A DNA stretch of 64,000 nucleotides from the NCBI GenBank assembly GCA_046570105.1, contig JBKHVI010000001.1, positions 64,001 through 128,000 of the forward strand. The letters are read 5' to 3'. Below are positions 29,477 through 40,441 of this stretch, one piece after another. Each line of letters begins with the position of its first letter. Position 1 is the stretch's first letter. The stretch is from Bacteriovoracia bacterium (GTDB lineage Bacteria; Bdellovibrionota; Bacteriovoracia; Bacteriovoracales; Bacteriovoracaceae). The notes beneath the pieces were generated by a model, which saw only the letters and a list, made by a program, of their open reading frames with translations, searched no databases and had not been told where the DNA came from. Position numbers and translations under genes: made by a program.

Positions 29477-30796
29477 TCAGAGATTAAATGTATCCTTCAA
29501 ATATTTTTTTACTTGATCTAAAGCCACGCGCTCTTGCACCATCGTATCGCGATGACGAACTGTGACCGCTTGGTCAGTCAGCGTATCAAAATCAACGGTG
29601 ATACAAGCTGGTGTGCCTGTCTCATCCTGGCGACGGTAACGCTTACCAATTGAGCCAGCCGTATCATAATCACACTTGAAATCTTTTTGTAATTCACGCA
29701 AGAGCTTCTCGCCTACTCCTTCGAGGTCTGGCTTCTTCATCAACGGCATAATCGCTGCTTTCACAGGTGCCAATGATGGCTTAAAGCGCATAACTGTTCT
29801 TTCTTTTTCAGCATCACCCTTGTTTTCCAAACGATAAGCATCAGAGAGAATTGCAAGTAAACAGCGATCTGCGCCGACAGAAGTTTCCAACACATAAGGA
29901 ATAAACTTTTTGTTTCCGTCGAGCTGATCGACGTACATAAGATTTTTCTTTGAGTACTCCATGTGTTGTTTCAAATCGAAATCAGTACGAGAGTGAATGC
30001 CTTCCATCTCTCCCCAACCATGAGCAAATTCATACTCAATATCAAAGGCAGCATCGGCGTAATGAGCAAGTTGTTCGTGTTTGTGGAAACGTAACTTGTC
30101 TTTTCTCAATCCCATTTCAAGATGCCAATCCCAACGGATCTGCTTCCATTGCTCCATGGCTTCGGCTTGCGTACCAGGCTTGATGAAGTATTGCATTTCC
30201 ATTTGTTCAAATTCACGCATCCGGAAAATAAAGTTTCCAGGTGTAATTTCGTTACGGAAAGCCTTTCCAATTTGTGCGATACCGAAAGGAAGTTTACGGC
30301 GCATGGTTGATTGAACGTTTAAGAAATTAACGAAAATACCTTGAGCCGTTTCAGGGCGAAGATAAATTTCTGCTGCAGATTCTTTCACTGCACCCATGTG
30401 AGTGGTAAACATCAAGTTAAAGTTACGTGGCTCAGTGAATGAGTTTTTTTCTTTGCAAGTAGGGCAAGGAGCCGAGAGATCAATTTGATCGGCACGAAAG
30501 CGACCTTTACAGGCTTTGCAATCGACTAAAGGGTCAGTGAAATTATCTACGTGACCAGAAGCTTTCCACACCATGGGATGCATGAGGATAGCGGCATCCA
30601 CACCATCAACATCGTCACGGAAAGTCATCGAACGCCACCAAGCATTCTTGATATTATTTTTGAGTTCCACACCCAAAGGTCCCATATCCCAACAAGAGCC
30701 AAGACCACCGTAAATTTCCGAGCTCTGGAAAATGAAGCCGCGACTTTTACAAAGACTGACTAGTTCACTCATTGATTGGAGGTTTTCTTCTGACAC
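29477..30796 (-). CDS. glyQS: Glycine--tRNA ligase (homodimeric alpha2 type)
   Basis: [40 protein letters not shown] start with AGGAG. Confidence 0.97.
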   Translation of the reverse strand: MSEENLQSMSELVSLCKSRGFIFQSSEIYGGLGSCWDMGPLGVELKNNIKNAWWRSMTFRDDVDGVDAAILMHPMVWKASGHVDNFTDPLVDCKACKGRFRADQIDLSAPCPTCKEKNSFTEPRNFNLMFTTHMGAVKESAAEIYLRPETAQGIFVNFLNVQSTMRRKLPFGIAQIGKAFRNEITPGNFIFRMREFEQMEMQYFIKPGTQAEAMEQWKQIRWDWHLEMGLRKDKLRFHKHEQLAHYADAAFDIEYEFAHGWGEMEGIHSRTDFDLKQHMEYSKKNLMYVDQLDGNKKFIPYVLETSVGADRCLLAILSDAYRLENKGDAEKERTVMRFKPSLAPVKAAIMPLMKKPDLEGVGEKLLRELQKDFKCDYDTAGSIGKRYRRQDETGTPACITVDFDTLTDQAVTVRHRDTMVQERVALDQVKKYLKDTFNL

Positions 30797-30864
30797 GTTG
30801 CTCTCCTGAAGGAATCTGTGAGGGTAATTTTGAGAAATTTTTACCATAATAGCGACCTTGGCGC

Positions 30865-32253
30865 ATGAGATTTCTCCAAGAGTTAATCTCGTCCCGAATA
30901 ACCCGAGAAGTTAACACCATGAAAGACGATAGGAACCCCGGCTGGCTCGAAAGCAGGTACTGGGATTTGTTTAATTTATTTGCTGCTCCAGGGCAAAAGC
31001 ACCATCCGGTTCGTGCTTATAAACTGCATTCCTTGCTGCTCACCTTTACGATTTCACAAATTTTCATGATCTTTTTTGCCGTCATCGGTGTTCGCTATAT
31101 TGAATCTCCCGTGATGCTCTATGGTCCCTCTATCTGCGTAGCAGTATCTTGGTTTGGTTTGTTGGCCTATCGGCTATGGCACAACATGTTCTTCTCATCC
31201 AATCTCTTCTTGCTATCAGTCTCAAGCTATATTTTTATCTTTTGTTGGTGCATTGATGGCTTCCGCCAAACAACTTTTGCATGGTTTGCCCTAATTCCCA
31301 TCGCTGCAGGCATGTTAACGAATCGCATCTACACTTCGGCCTGGTCGCTAGTCGTAATTATATTAGCGGCGATTGGTTATTGGGCTAGCTCTGAGGGAAT
31401 TGCTGTTAATTTGCTATCGCAGAAAGGTCACATGGCATTGACCTTAATCCAGCAACTCGGATTTCTTTTTAGCATTGGTATTATTACTTTGTTTATTCTC
31501 AACCAACAAAAAGTTGTCTCTGATTATCTGCGTGAAAAAGTCGTCTCCAAGCAAAACCTACTGCGCATTCTGGTTCACGATATTTCAACTCCACTCACGA
31601 TTATGCGTATGACGGGTCAAATGCTTGCTAACGGACAAAAAGTTGATCCGCGAATCGCTGGACTAAAAATCGACAAAAACGCAGAACAAATGACAAATAT
31701 TATTAGTCTCATTCGGGATATGGAGAGCTGGGAAGCTCATCATAAAAGTTTACCCGCCACTCCGATTGAACTTGTCTCACTGCTCGATCAGGTTGTGGAA
31801 CTTTACAATAATCGCCTTGTTACTAAAGGGATTCACGTCGCTAAATTTTACTCAAGCGAAGTTTATGTCTTAGGTCACGAAACGATGCTCGTGCATCAAA
31901 TTTTTGGTAATTTACTGAGTAACGCCATTAAGTTTTCAAATCAACAAAGTCGCATTGAAATTGGTATCGAGCCACTCTCCGCCCATCAAGTTTCAGTCGT
32001 CATTCGTGACTATGGAATTGGGATTCCCTTACAAACACGTAAAGATCTCTTCGACCCTTTTGCTCTCACCATGCGCGCAGGAACTGCAGGAGAAAAAGGC
32101 ACAGGCCTTGGACTTCCTATCACTAAAAACTGTGTCGAACTTTTAGGTGGATTAATTGTGGTAACATCAAGAACAAAAGAAGAAAGTCCACAGGATCACG
32201 GTACAAGTATCACTGTTATCTTGAAGCGCGCGCCTCAGACTCAATCTCGCTGA
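30865..32253 (+). CDS. Multi-TM sensor histidine kinase (orphan)
   Basis: Several TMs; [28 protein letters not shown]. Confidence 0.92.
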   Translation: MRFLQELISSRITREVNTMKDDRNPGWLESRYWDLFNLFAAPGQKHHPVRAYKLHSLLLTFTISQIFMIFFAVIGVRYIESPVMLYGPSICVAVSWFGLLAYRLWHNMFFSSNLFLLSVSSYIFIFCWCIDGFRQTTFAWFALIPIAAGMLTNRIYTSAWSLVVIILAAIGYWASSEGIAVNLLSQKGHMALTLIQQLGFLFSIGIITLFILNQQKVVSDYLREKVVSKQNLLRILVHDISTPLTIMRMTGQMLANGQKVDPRIAGLKIDKNAEQMTNIISLIRDMESWEAHHKSLPATPIELVSLLDQVVELYNNRLVTKGIHVAKFYSSEVYVLGHETMLVHQIFGNLLSNAIKFSNQQSRIEIGIEPLSAHQVSVVIRDYGIGIPLQTRKDLFDPFALTMRAGTAGEKGTGLGLPITKNCVELLGGLIVVTSRTKEESPQDHGTSITVILKRAPQTQSR

Positions 32254-33953
32254 GAAAGCTCATAGAGTTTACGATACTCACCGGCAGTATTCATCAATTC
32301 TTCGTGAGAGCCCTCTTCAACTTTTTTGCCTTCTTTGAGTACGACAATACGATCGTAGTTTTTCAAAGTTGAAAGTCGATGAGCGACGGCCACCACTGTC
32401 TTGTGTCCTGCCACACGCGCTAGTGCAGCTTGCACCGTTTTTTCAGACTCATTATCAAGCGCACTCGTCGCCTCATCAAACAACATGATGTCGCGATTCT
32501 TTAAGAATGCACGTGCAATAGTTAAACGTTGAGCCTGGCCTCCTGAGAGACGTAAGCCTCTATCACCAATAACGGTTTGAAGCTGCTCTGGTAACTCCAA
32601 CACAAAGTCTTTTGCATATGAAACTTCCAACGCATGAATAATTTCTTCGTCACTCGCTTCTTCGCCAGTTGTTAAATTTTCTCTTACTGTGTCGTTGAAA
32701 AGAAAAATATCCTGACTCACGAGTGAAAACAGCTTACGCAAATCAGCTAATTTCCAATCGTTAATATTGACCCCATCAACTAGTATCTCTCCGCTACTAA
32801 CTGGATAAAGTCGCAGTAATAAACTGACTAACGTCGACTTACCTGAACCGGAAAGACCTACTAGGCCAATCTTCTCACCCTTCTTAATTACCAGATTGAA
32901 GTTCTTTAAAACCTCACGATCGCCGTAACTGAAAGATAAATTCTTGAACTCAATTTTTTCTTTAAAGCCAGCTTGGTGATGGCGACCTGTATCTGGCTCG
33001 ATGGGAGTATCAAGTAGACTCAAGATACGTGTCGAAGCTGCTCGTGCTTGATTAAGCTTAGCACTGGCTTTACTAAATTTACGAATAGGATCCATAAACA
33101 TAGCAAGGGCCGCCACAAAACTAATAAATCCACCTGTGGTCAACTCTCCCGAGGCAATTCGGTGTTGAGCAAAGACAATAACACCGGCAAAAGCCACAGA
33201 ACCGACGAGTTCAACTGCTGGATGGGAGTGCTCTTCTGCTGAGTTTGACCGCGAACGATTACCTAAGAAACGCTCTTGAACTTTTTCGAAACGCCCGGCG
33301 AGATAAGGCTGGAGCCCAAAAGCTTTGGCAATTCTTTGTCCTGTTAACGCCTCACTTACTGAGTGAGTCATGTCAGCAACATCTTTTTGCGCTTGCCCAA
33401 TATACTTACGAATCCTTCTGCCAAGTCGACCGAAGATGAGAGCAAAAATGGGTGAAGCCACTAAAATGATTAAGGCCAATTGCCAGTCGTGATAAAACGC
33501 AACGCTGACCAACGCGATAGCTGTAATAGGTTCGCGAATAATTTCTAGGGCGTTCTTGAAGGAGTCAGCGAACATATTCGTGTCACTCAAAAAAGTGGAC
33601 ACCAAATTGCCTTGCTTGGCCTGGGCGAAATAGGAGGAAGGCATGGCCTGAAATTTGTTGAACAGCTGAGATCGAATGCTACAAGCGCATCGATCAACAA
33701 TCATGCGCAGTCCGTAGTAATGAAAAAAGCGCAAAGGATAGTTAAGAATTCCTAATCCTACCAAGATAGCTGCTAGTTTAAATGCTTCGTCACTGGTTGA
33801 ACCAGCCGAAAAACCTTTGTCAAAAATATCCTTAACCAAATAAGCTTCGTAGGCTTTGATAGCCGACAAAGGCAACGCCAAAAGTGCAGCCGTTAACGCC
33901 TGCTTCCAAAATGGACGAAGGTATGGGAACATAAGTTTAAGAACTTCTAGCAT
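32241..33953 (-). CDS. msbA: MsbA-like lipid A ABC exporter
   Basis: TM domain plus GLSGSGKS, LSGGQAQR, FDEATSALD, AHRLST; next to gmhB. Confidence 0.8.
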   Translation of the reverse strand: MLEVLKLMFPYLRPFWKQALTAALLALPLSAIKAYEAYLVKDIFDKGFSAGSTSDEAFKLAAILVGLGILNYPLRFFHYYGLRMIVDRCACSIRSQLFNKFQAMPSSYFAQAKQGNLVSTFLSDTNMFADSFKNALEIIREPITAIALVSVAFYHDWQLALIILVASPIFALIFGRLGRRIRKYIGQAQKDVADMTHSVSEALTGQRIAKAFGLQPYLAGRFEKVQERFLGNRSRSNSAEEHSHPAVELVGSVAFAGVIVFAQHRIASGELTTGGFISFVAALAMFMDPIRKFSKASAKLNQARAASTRILSLLDTPIEPDTGRHHQAGFKEKIEFKNLSFSYGDREVLKNFNLVIKKGEKIGLVGLSGSGKSTLVSLLLRLYPVSSGEILVDGVNINDWKLADLRKLFSLVSQDIFLFNDTVRENLTTGEEASDEEIIHALEVSYAKDFVLELPEQLQTVIGDRGLRLSGGQAQRLTIARAFLKNRDIMLFDEATSALDNESEKTVQAALARVAGHKTVVAVAHRLSTLKNYDRIVVLKEGKKVEEGSHEELMNTAGEYRKLYELSQRD

Positions 33954-33982
33954 GAGGTTGATCTTAAACCGCGGGGGCAGGC

Positions 33983-34501
33983 ATGACAAACAAAACCCCA
34001 AAAGCCATCTTTCTTGATCGAGACGGAACTTTGATCCGTGACAAGAATTATCTATCCCGCGTTGAAGATATTGAATATTTCCCGGATACGTTTAAGGCCT
34101 TAAGCTTACTTCGCTCAAAAGGCTATCGACTCTACGTGATTACCAATCAATCAGGTGTGGGTCGCGGCTTCTTTACTATGAAAGAGGTCAACGTTATCCA
34201 CCGTGTCATGGACGCTGATCTAAAAGCCCAAGGTTTAAAAGTCTATGATGGTTGGGGCGTCTGCCCCCATGCTCCTCACGAAGCTTGCTCATGTCGAAAA
34301 CCCCACCCGACCCTAATCCAAGATATCCTCACCAAAGAAAAATTGGTGGCCGATGATTGTTGGATGTTGGGCGATAAAGATATTGATGCTCAGTGCGGCC
34401 TGAACGCTGGAATCAATGGCGCCATCGTCAGAGCGAAGCCCAGCGAAGGTGACTACACCTTCTTCTCAACTCTTCTGGAATTCGCAGAAAGCCTAGACTA
34501 A
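33983..34501 (+). CDS. gmhB: D-glycero-D-manno-heptose 1,7-bisphosphate phosphatase
   Basis: FLDRDGTL, TNQSGVGRG, CPH..CSCRKP, MLGDK..D. Confidence 0.92.
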   Translation: MTNKTPKAIFLDRDGTLIRDKNYLSRVEDIEYFPDTFKALSLLRSKGYRLYVITNQSGVGRGFFTMKEVNVIHRVMDADLKAQGLKVYDGWGVCPHAPHEACSCRKPHPTLIQDILTKEKLVADDCWMLGDKDIDAQCGLNAGINGAIVRAKPSEGDYTFFSTLLEFAESLD

Positions 34502-35289
34502 AAAAGCATTTTATAAGAAGTCACATCCGGAAGCTTTACCTGAAAGTGGTAGCACCAAAATTGAATCAAATGAGTATTCACAGCTTGAGGTGCACCCTGA
34601 ATAGCTGTCCAATCTTGAAAACGAGTTCGAATGGCCAGCGATAACAACGCTCGAACCGGTAGATCTGTGCTCACTTCGGAGCCCGACTCTTTCACACAAT
34701 TCATACAAGAGTAGCCACCTTGATCAACAATCAATGGACTCATCACTTCTTCTTCAAGTTGACAGCCGCAATAAACACATTCCGATTCATCTGGCAAAAT
34801 TCCCAGGTGTAATAAAAATTTGCTCAAGAAAAGCAGCAAATGATTTTCCCACTGAAAGTTTTTTTGCTGAAGTGCCTGATCAAGATGAAACAATCCATTG
34901 GAGACGACGTTAAATAGTCCCCCATGCTCTTGAGCGGCAAAGGTATTGTCGGATGTATGCGGGAGAGCTGTTTTAAGCACCATCTCTAAATACAAACAGG
35001 CCAAGGCAAAAGCTTGTGGATGATGACGAATCTCTTGTGACTGCCACAAAAGAGTTTGCTCGCTCGCCATTTGCAAAGTTTCTAATGAAGTATGGCCGGA
35101 GCGCGCCTCACGTAACTGAACACGCAATAAATTGCCTGGTTCATAAACGCGTGGCTTAGAGTTTTTTCCGCCTCCCATACCACCATAAACATAAACACTC
35201 GTGATCGTCCCTTCACGCAACAGCATACGTGCAATGAGATCACGTTCTTTTTGCGGAATAATCTGAATGACAATCCCTTCCAGGGTCAT
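34498..35289 (-). CDS. recO: DNA repair protein RecO
   Basis: N-terminal OB fold (EGIVIQ..ERDLI) and CxxC...CxxC zinc finger. Confidence 0.8.
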   Translation of the reverse strand: MTLEGIVIQIIPQKERDLIARMLLREGTITSVYVYGGMGGGKNSKPRVYEPGNLLRVQLREARSGHTSLETLQMASEQTLLWQSQEIRHHPQAFALACLYLEMVLKTALPHTSDNTFAAQEHGGLFNVVSNGLFHLDQALQQKNFQWENHLLLFLSKFLLHLGILPDESECVYCGCQLEEEVMSPLIVDQGGYSCMNCVKESGSEVSTDLPVRALLSLAIRTRFQDWTAIQGAPQAVNTHLIQFWCYHFQVKLPDVTSYKMLF

Positions 35290-36211
35290 ACCAATTGGCC
35301 TTGATGATAAGCTTCAATCGAAGCATCATAACTCTTATTAGTAGACGCAGGAAAGCCACAAGTCTGTCTCTTTTTGAGAGTCCAGATAACTTCCAACTCA
35401 TCCAAACTTCAAACGCATCACCGCGTCGCCCCGCTCTCGTACGCATCTGATGAACCATCCAATGAGGTGCACTTTGATCGAGTAAAATAACTCGGGCCAA
35501 ATTTGGTAAATTAATTCCGTGAGACAAGCATGATGTGGCGACAATCACTTGGGGTAATTCTTCCCGATGCAATCGCTCTTGAAACTGTGCGGTTTCTCCT
35601 CCTTTGCATCCCCAAACCGCTAAACCCATCTGACGAATACTTTTTACCCAATCATCAACGGCATTACGATGTTGGCAAAAAATCAAACTCATCCCATTCA
35701 ACTCATCTGTAATGAGTTCAGTAATCAATGAGGCAGGCCCAGCTAACGTCACACTAGGTAAATGTTTAAATTGAAAATTACCGGCATCACCTGAAATAAG
35801 ATGAGAAAAGTTTTGCCCAAGAGTTTCTTTCAAAAAACTGAGTGTCTCTGGTATTAATGTCGCGGTAAAACCAACTCCTGCCAAACCTGAGAGGCAGTAG
35901 CCATACCAGGCTTCTAAGAAAGCATGGCGAAAACTTTCACCCCACAACTGCACCAGATGAATTTCATCCCAAATAACCACCAAGTTCGGTTTTGCTTTTT
36001 GCAGCCCTTCCCAATCAAGCTGGAGCAACTCTTCGGGCAAAACAACCCATACTTTTTCATTTTGTCTTTTGACTTCTTCGGCTAGGGCCCTTAAGGGAGA
36101 TATATAAAGGAATTCACACCCAGATTCTTTGACCCATAAGTGAAACAACTGTGTTTTCCCCCATGCGGGAGGTGCGATCAGAAGTTGAAATGTTGCGGCG
36201 GGAAAGTACAT
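35240..36211 (-). CDS. Minimal SF2 DEAD/DEAH-box helicase
   Basis: APPAWGKT, SPLRALA, DEIH, TAT, VATSCLSHGINLP, QMRTRAGRRG. Confidence 0.85.
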   Translation of the reverse strand: MYFPAATFQLLIAPPAWGKTQLFHLWVKESGCEFLYISPLRALAEEVKRQNEKVWVVLPEELLQLDWEGLQKAKPNLVVIWDEIHLVQLWGESFRHAFLEAWYGYCLSGLAGVGFTATLIPETLSFLKETLGQNFSHLISGDAGNFQFKHLPSVTLAGPASLITELITDELNGMSLIFCQHRNAVDDWVKSIRQMGLAVWGCKGGETAQFQERLHREELPQVIVATSCLSHGINLPNLARVILLDQSAPHWMVHQMRTRAGRRGDAFEVWMSWKLSGLSKRDRLVAFLRLLIRVMMLRLKLIIKANWYDPGRDCHSDYSAKRT

Positions 36212-36313
36212 TTCCTCTTCTTAAGCCTGTCGCAAGGCGCATGTCGCGTTTATTTCAGTTAATTGTAAGACAAATTCTTATTTGAATCAGTGTTTTCATT
36301 CTATAATCAGCCC

Positions 36314-37411
36314 ATGATAAATTCAGTAGTTCATCCTATCGCTCTCAAGCTCATCGAACTGTCGGGTGATCTCTTCATTGCAATGACTCCGGAAGGATTT
36401 ATTATTGCTCTCAGTAAAGAGTGGGAACCACTCTTAGGAAGAAGCATTCAAGACATTCGTGCTTATCAATATGAACACCTCGTTTACCCCAAAGATATGC
36501 CGGTAACACGTGCAGCATTTGAGGCGGTAAAGAATGGATCAGACATCAGCCAACTCCGTTTGCGCTTCATAAAAGCTGATGGAGAACCCGTTTGGCTGCA
36601 ATGGAGAGCGACTAAAGACCAGGAAACTGGGCTGATATACTCTGCAGCAACAGTCATTGCTCCGCTGGATATGAAGCAAGAAGAGATTGAACACGAGCGT
36701 CAAAAAAATATCCACACCGCGAAGCTCGCATCATTAGGGGAAATAGCCGCGGGTGTGGCCCATGAACTCAACAATCCTCTTTCAATTGTGATGGGCTATT
36801 TAAAAATGCTTGAGCTTGAATATGAGCAAGGGACACTGACTCCTCCTGAATTTAAAAAAATTATGGGTGGGACTCTGGCTGCCACCGATAGAGCGACAAA
36901 AATTATTCAAAATCTAAAAAATTTGGCACGAGATGGGGCACAAGATCCTCTCGAGAGAGTTTTACTGGATGAAATTATTGAGAGCACTTTAGATTTTGTG
37001 AGAGAAAAATTTCGTCGCTATAATGTTAAACTCGAAGTCAATTACCAACCCCATGTATGGGTGATGTGTCGTCAAGTCGAACTCTCTCAAGTCATTCTTA
37101 ATCTACTAACGAATGCCTTTGATGCGTGTGAGGGTCACACTGAACCATGGATAAAGTTAACTGTTGAAACCATTGATAAGAACGCTCTCATTCAGGTTTC
37201 AAATTCAGGGCCTTTGATTTCAAGTGAAATACAGCAGCGAATTTTTACTCCATTTTTCACTACTAAAAAATATGGCCGCGGCACTGGTCTAGGTCTCTCG
37301 ATCGCTGCCAGCATTATGCATCGTCACAACGGAGAGCTTTATCTAAAGTCTCGCTCTGAATTCACCACTTTTGTGGCCCGTATTCCCACTTCTCCAGAAG
37401 GCAAAATATGA
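36314..37411 (+). CDS. PAS-domain histidine kinase
   Basis: PAS; GVAHELNNPL, NLLTNAFDA, FFTTK, GTGLGL. Confidence 0.93.
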   Translation: MINSVVHPIALKLIELSGDLFIAMTPEGFIIALSKEWEPLLGRSIQDIRAYQYEHLVYPKDMPVTRAAFEAVKNGSDISQLRLRFIKADGEPVWLQWRATKDQETGLIYSAATVIAPLDMKQEEIEHERQKNIHTAKLASLGEIAAGVAHELNNPLSIVMGYLKMLELEYEQGTLTPPEFKKIMGGTLAATDRATKIIQNLKNLARDGAQDPLERVLLDEIIESTLDFVREKFRRYNVKLEVNYQPHVWVMCRQVELSQVILNLLTNAFDACEGHTEPWIKLTVETIDKNALIQVSNSGPLISSEIQQRIFTPFFTTKKYGRGTGLGLSIAASIMHRHNGELYLKSRSEFTTFVARIPTSPEGKI

Positions 37412-37761
37412 AAGTCTGGGTCGTAGATGATGAAGCAGAAATTTGTCATATTCTCGAGTATCTCCTCAAGCGTGATGGTCACGAATGCATGACATTTGAA
37501 AATCCTCTACAAGCTCTCAAGAGCCTGCAAACGACACCACCCGAAGTCATCATTTGCGATTTTAAAATGCCGCAAATGAACGGATTAGATTTTTTTCTAA
37601 AAATCAAAGATCAGTGGAAGGGTGAATTTATCATGCTCACTGGTGAGCCAAGTGCAGATCCAAAAGAATTACAATCGATCGGCATTAAAGAAGTGTTGTT
37701 TAAACCTAGAGATCTCACTCGTATCCTCACGGTTCTTAAAGATTTAGCGCAAAATAAATAA
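37408..37761 (+). CDS. Single-domain response regulator
   Basis: VVDDE, ICDFKMPQMNG, MLTG, KP; ATGA-coupled to the kinase. Confidence 0.93.
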   Translation: MKVWVVDDEAEICHILEYLLKRDGHECMTFENPLQALKSLQTTPPEVIICDFKMPQMNGLDFFLKIKDQWKGEFIMLTGEPSADPKELQSIGIKEVLFKPRDLTRILTVLKDLAQNK

Positions 37762-37848
37762 AATCTTTTTTTCAACATAATTGCTGGCTCCCCTAGTCAA
37801 AGTCATTTCTTGATGCTGAAATGTTTATATCTGACTGAGGTGATTTTT

Positions 37849-38349
37849 ATGCGCCAATGGATTTTGAGTGCCTGCAGCATTTTTGCCATCGTCTTTTTGG
37901 CACTGTACTCGGCCCAAACAAAAGTTCACGACTACTCAAGTCTCACTGACTTGCGAGTAGGATTAAATGCAAACCAACTGAGTTTTCTGGGTCAGCCCGT
38001 ATCTGCGAGTGAAAGAGAACGAGTTTACTTGCTACCTGACCAATCTACTCTTGTTGTTATGATCCAAGATCAAAAAGTATCCGCCGCCTGGATGGAATTA
38101 CGTCAACCACTCAAGGTTGAGGATCCTCAATTTAAACGTCTCCGTTTTGTGCAAATGGGTGTGGATGCTGCTTTAAGTCCAACTTGGTTTTATGCCGCTG
38201 CTGCCGACCAGGGCCGCATTTTCAAAATTTCTCAGCAAGGGTTGATTGAAAGTATCACTTGGGTCAAGCCATTTGAAGCTCAAGGCCGTACTGTTCAGCT
38301 ACAAGCGTTGGTTCAAGAATTTACCGGTCAGCGCGCATTTTCTTTGTGA
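37849..38349 (+). CDS. Hypothetical membrane-anchored/exported protein
   Basis: SD GAGGTG; N-terminal hydrophobic helix. Confidence 0.7.
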   Translation: MRQWILSACSIFAIVFLALYSAQTKVHDYSSLTDLRVGLNANQLSFLGQPVSASERERVYLLPDQSTLVVMIQDQKVSAAWMELRQPLKVEDPQFKRLRFVQMGVDAALSPTWFYAAAADQGRIFKISQQGLIESITWVKPFEAQGRTVQLQALVQEFTGQRAFSL

Positions 38350-38355
38350 GACCCT

Positions 38356-38613
38356 ATGCTCGCACATGTTGAAAAACTTTTTGATGAACAAGTTCGTCCC
38401 GCTCTTGCCCAGCATGGTGGGAATATCGAGATTATCGATTTAGATAATCAAAAACTCTTCGTTAAATTTAGTGGGGGCTGTCACGGCTGTTCTAGTTCTC
38501 AAGCGACACTTAAAGGTGGCGTCGAAACTCTCGTTAAACAAACTTTTCCCGATATTCTAGAGGTCGTTGATCTCACCGATCACACGACCGGCGAGAATCC
38601 TTACGCGACCTAG
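38356..38613 (+). CDS. NifU C-terminal domain (Nfu-type) Fe-S scaffold protein
   Basis: VRPALAQHGGNIE, GGCHGCSSS..TLK.GVE. Confidence 0.92.
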   Translation: MLAHVEKLFDEQVRPALAQHGGNIEIIDLDNQKLFVKFSGGCHGCSSSQATLKGGVETLVKQTFPDILEVVDLTDHTTGENPYAT

Positions 38614-39422
38614 AGCCAGTGTGGCTTGGTTGGATTTCTAATCACATCTAATCTTTCACGAACCTGCTTTAAGCGATCTTTATCAAAGGTCGCTGTAATC
38701 ATTTTTTCGCCCTCTTCAGCGTCCGCCAACACTTCACCCCAAGGGTCTACGATCAAAGAATGACCATAGGTTTTAATACGCTCATTATGATTGCCCCACT
38801 GTCCGGCCGCCACGACATAACATTGATTTTCTATCGCACGCGCTCTGAGCAGGGTGTGCCAATGCGCTTTCCCGGTAGGAACAGTGAAAGCAGAAGAAAT
38901 AGTTAGAGCGGTCGCACCTTGCGAACTGTACCAACGAAACAATTCAGGAAAGCGCAAATCAAAACAAATTGCGACACCAAACTTCCACCCCTCTACATCA
39001 AGGAGCAGTGGTTTCGCTCCTGCCGTATAGATTTTTCCTTCGTCAATGACTTGAGCAGAAGGATGCTTAGAGAGATCACAGGCAAACAAGTGAGTCTTAT
39101 CGTAGCGACCCATCTCAGTTCCATCAGGCGCAAAATTATAGCTTCGATTTAAAATTTTTCCATCGACCAACGTCGCAACTGATCCACCTAAAAGATAAGT
39201 GCTAAATTCAGTCGCAAGCTTTTGAATTTCTCTCCAATGTTCATTCCCATCTTCAACCAAATAAGGAGTGGCAGTGAGGCCGTTTGAAATCGAGTAAAAA
39301 ACTTCCGGCAAGAATACAGCTCGAACCCCTTCTTCTCGTGCTTGTTTCATAAATCGACGTATCGACGCCAAATTTACACTGGGCTCAAGCTTTGATTCCA
39401 ATTGGATAATAGCAACTTTCAT
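38610..39422 (-). CDS. Carbon-nitrogen hydrolase (Nit1-like deaminated glutathione amidase)
   Basis: FLPE, YDKTHLF, ICFDLRFPE, RARAIENQ, YGHSLIVDPWG. Confidence 0.93.
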   Translation of the reverse strand: MKVAIIQLESKLEPSVNLASIRRFMKQAREEGVRAVFLPEVFYSISNGLTATPYLVEDGNEHWREIQKLATEFSTYLLGGSVATLVDGKILNRSYNFAPDGTEMGRYDKTHLFACDLSKHPSAQVIDEGKIYTAGAKPLLLDVEGWKFGVAICFDLRFPELFRWYSSQGATALTISSAFTVPTGKAHWHTLLRARAIENQCYVVAAGQWGNHNERIKTYGHSLIVDPWGEVLADAEEGEKMITATFDKDRLKQVRERLDVIRNPTKPHWL

Positions 39423-39473
39423 AGTAATCCCTTTGTCATTTACGGATAACACCCTCACGGGCGATGATCAACC

Positions 39474-40433
39474 ATGCTTAAAAAAGTTCTCATTAATATT
39501 ATTAAGGCGGGGCTGGCCTTGGGCCTCTTGGGCTGGCTGGTTCAATCAGGGAAGCTCAACTGGAGTCTTTTAGCCGAGATGCAGCGCTACCCATTGCGTC
39601 TATTGATGGTGTTTGGCTTTTGCTTTTTGAATCTTCTGCTCGTCACTTGGCGCTGGCGCTACCTTCTAAGTGCGCGCTCTCGCCACTCTATTCCCTTGGC
39701 CGGCCTTGGAATGGTGAATTGGATAGGATTATTTTTTGGCTCTGTTCTCCCTGGTAGCATCACCGGTGATGTCGTTAAGATCTTTTATGTAAAAAAAAGT
39801 GATGCCAGCCTTTCGACCCCCTTTCTCTTATTCTCCAGCTTTCTTGATCGAGTGATGGGTCTGACTGGTCTGATTCTATTGATGGGCGGCTTTTCTGTTT
39901 TTAATTACTCAACTCTCTCGGCACTCTCACCGAAGTTAGTGCCGATGTTACACTTTAATTTTTTCTTACTCGCCAGTGTTATAACCGCACTGATCGTTTT
40001 CTTTCTCGCCCCCCATTTAATCGAACAACTCTTAACGATTCTCAAGAGCTTTGTACCTCAAAGTAAGTGGCCTGGGCGCTTGCAGGACTTGTGGAAAGAT
40101 CTCATTACTGCCAGAAAACAGATGGGCCTGGCGATTCTCATAAGTATCGTGGTTCAGTTTTTGGGCGTGGTCATTTTTCATTTACTCGTAAGCCCACAGT
40201 ATCAAACTGCACTCTCACTCGAGCTGGTACTCAGTTTCATTCCACTGGGTTTTATGGCGCTCGCTATACCCATTGCTCCGGGTGGCCTAGGCGTTGGCCA
40301 TGCTGCTTTTCAAACGTTATTTGGATTTGCGGGCGAGATGAATGGCGCGAACTTTTTCAACATGTACTTCGTCGTCACCATGGTCTTCAACATTCTGGGA
40401 TTTATTCCCTGGTTGATCAGTAAGCGGCGCTAG
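39474..40433 (+). CDS. Lysylphosphatidylglycerol synthase TM-region / flippase-like protein
   Basis: RWRYLL, FFGSVLPGSITGDVVK, LDRVMGL, PIAPGGLGV. Confidence 0.88.
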   Translation: MLKKVLINIIKAGLALGLLGWLVQSGKLNWSLLAEMQRYPLRLLMVFGFCFLNLLLVTWRWRYLLSARSRHSIPLAGLGMVNWIGLFFGSVLPGSITGDVVKIFYVKKSDASLSTPFLLFSSFLDRVMGLTGLILLMGGFSVFNYSTLSALSPKLVPMLHFNFFLLASVITALIVFFLAPHLIEQLLTILKSFVPQSKWPGRLQDLWKDLITARKQMGLAILISIVVQFLGVVIFHLLVSPQYQTALSLELVLSFIPLGFMALAIPIAPGGLGVGHAAFQTLFGFAGEMNGANFFNMYFVVTMVFNILGFIPWLISKRR

Positions 40434-40441
40434 GTTTTCAT

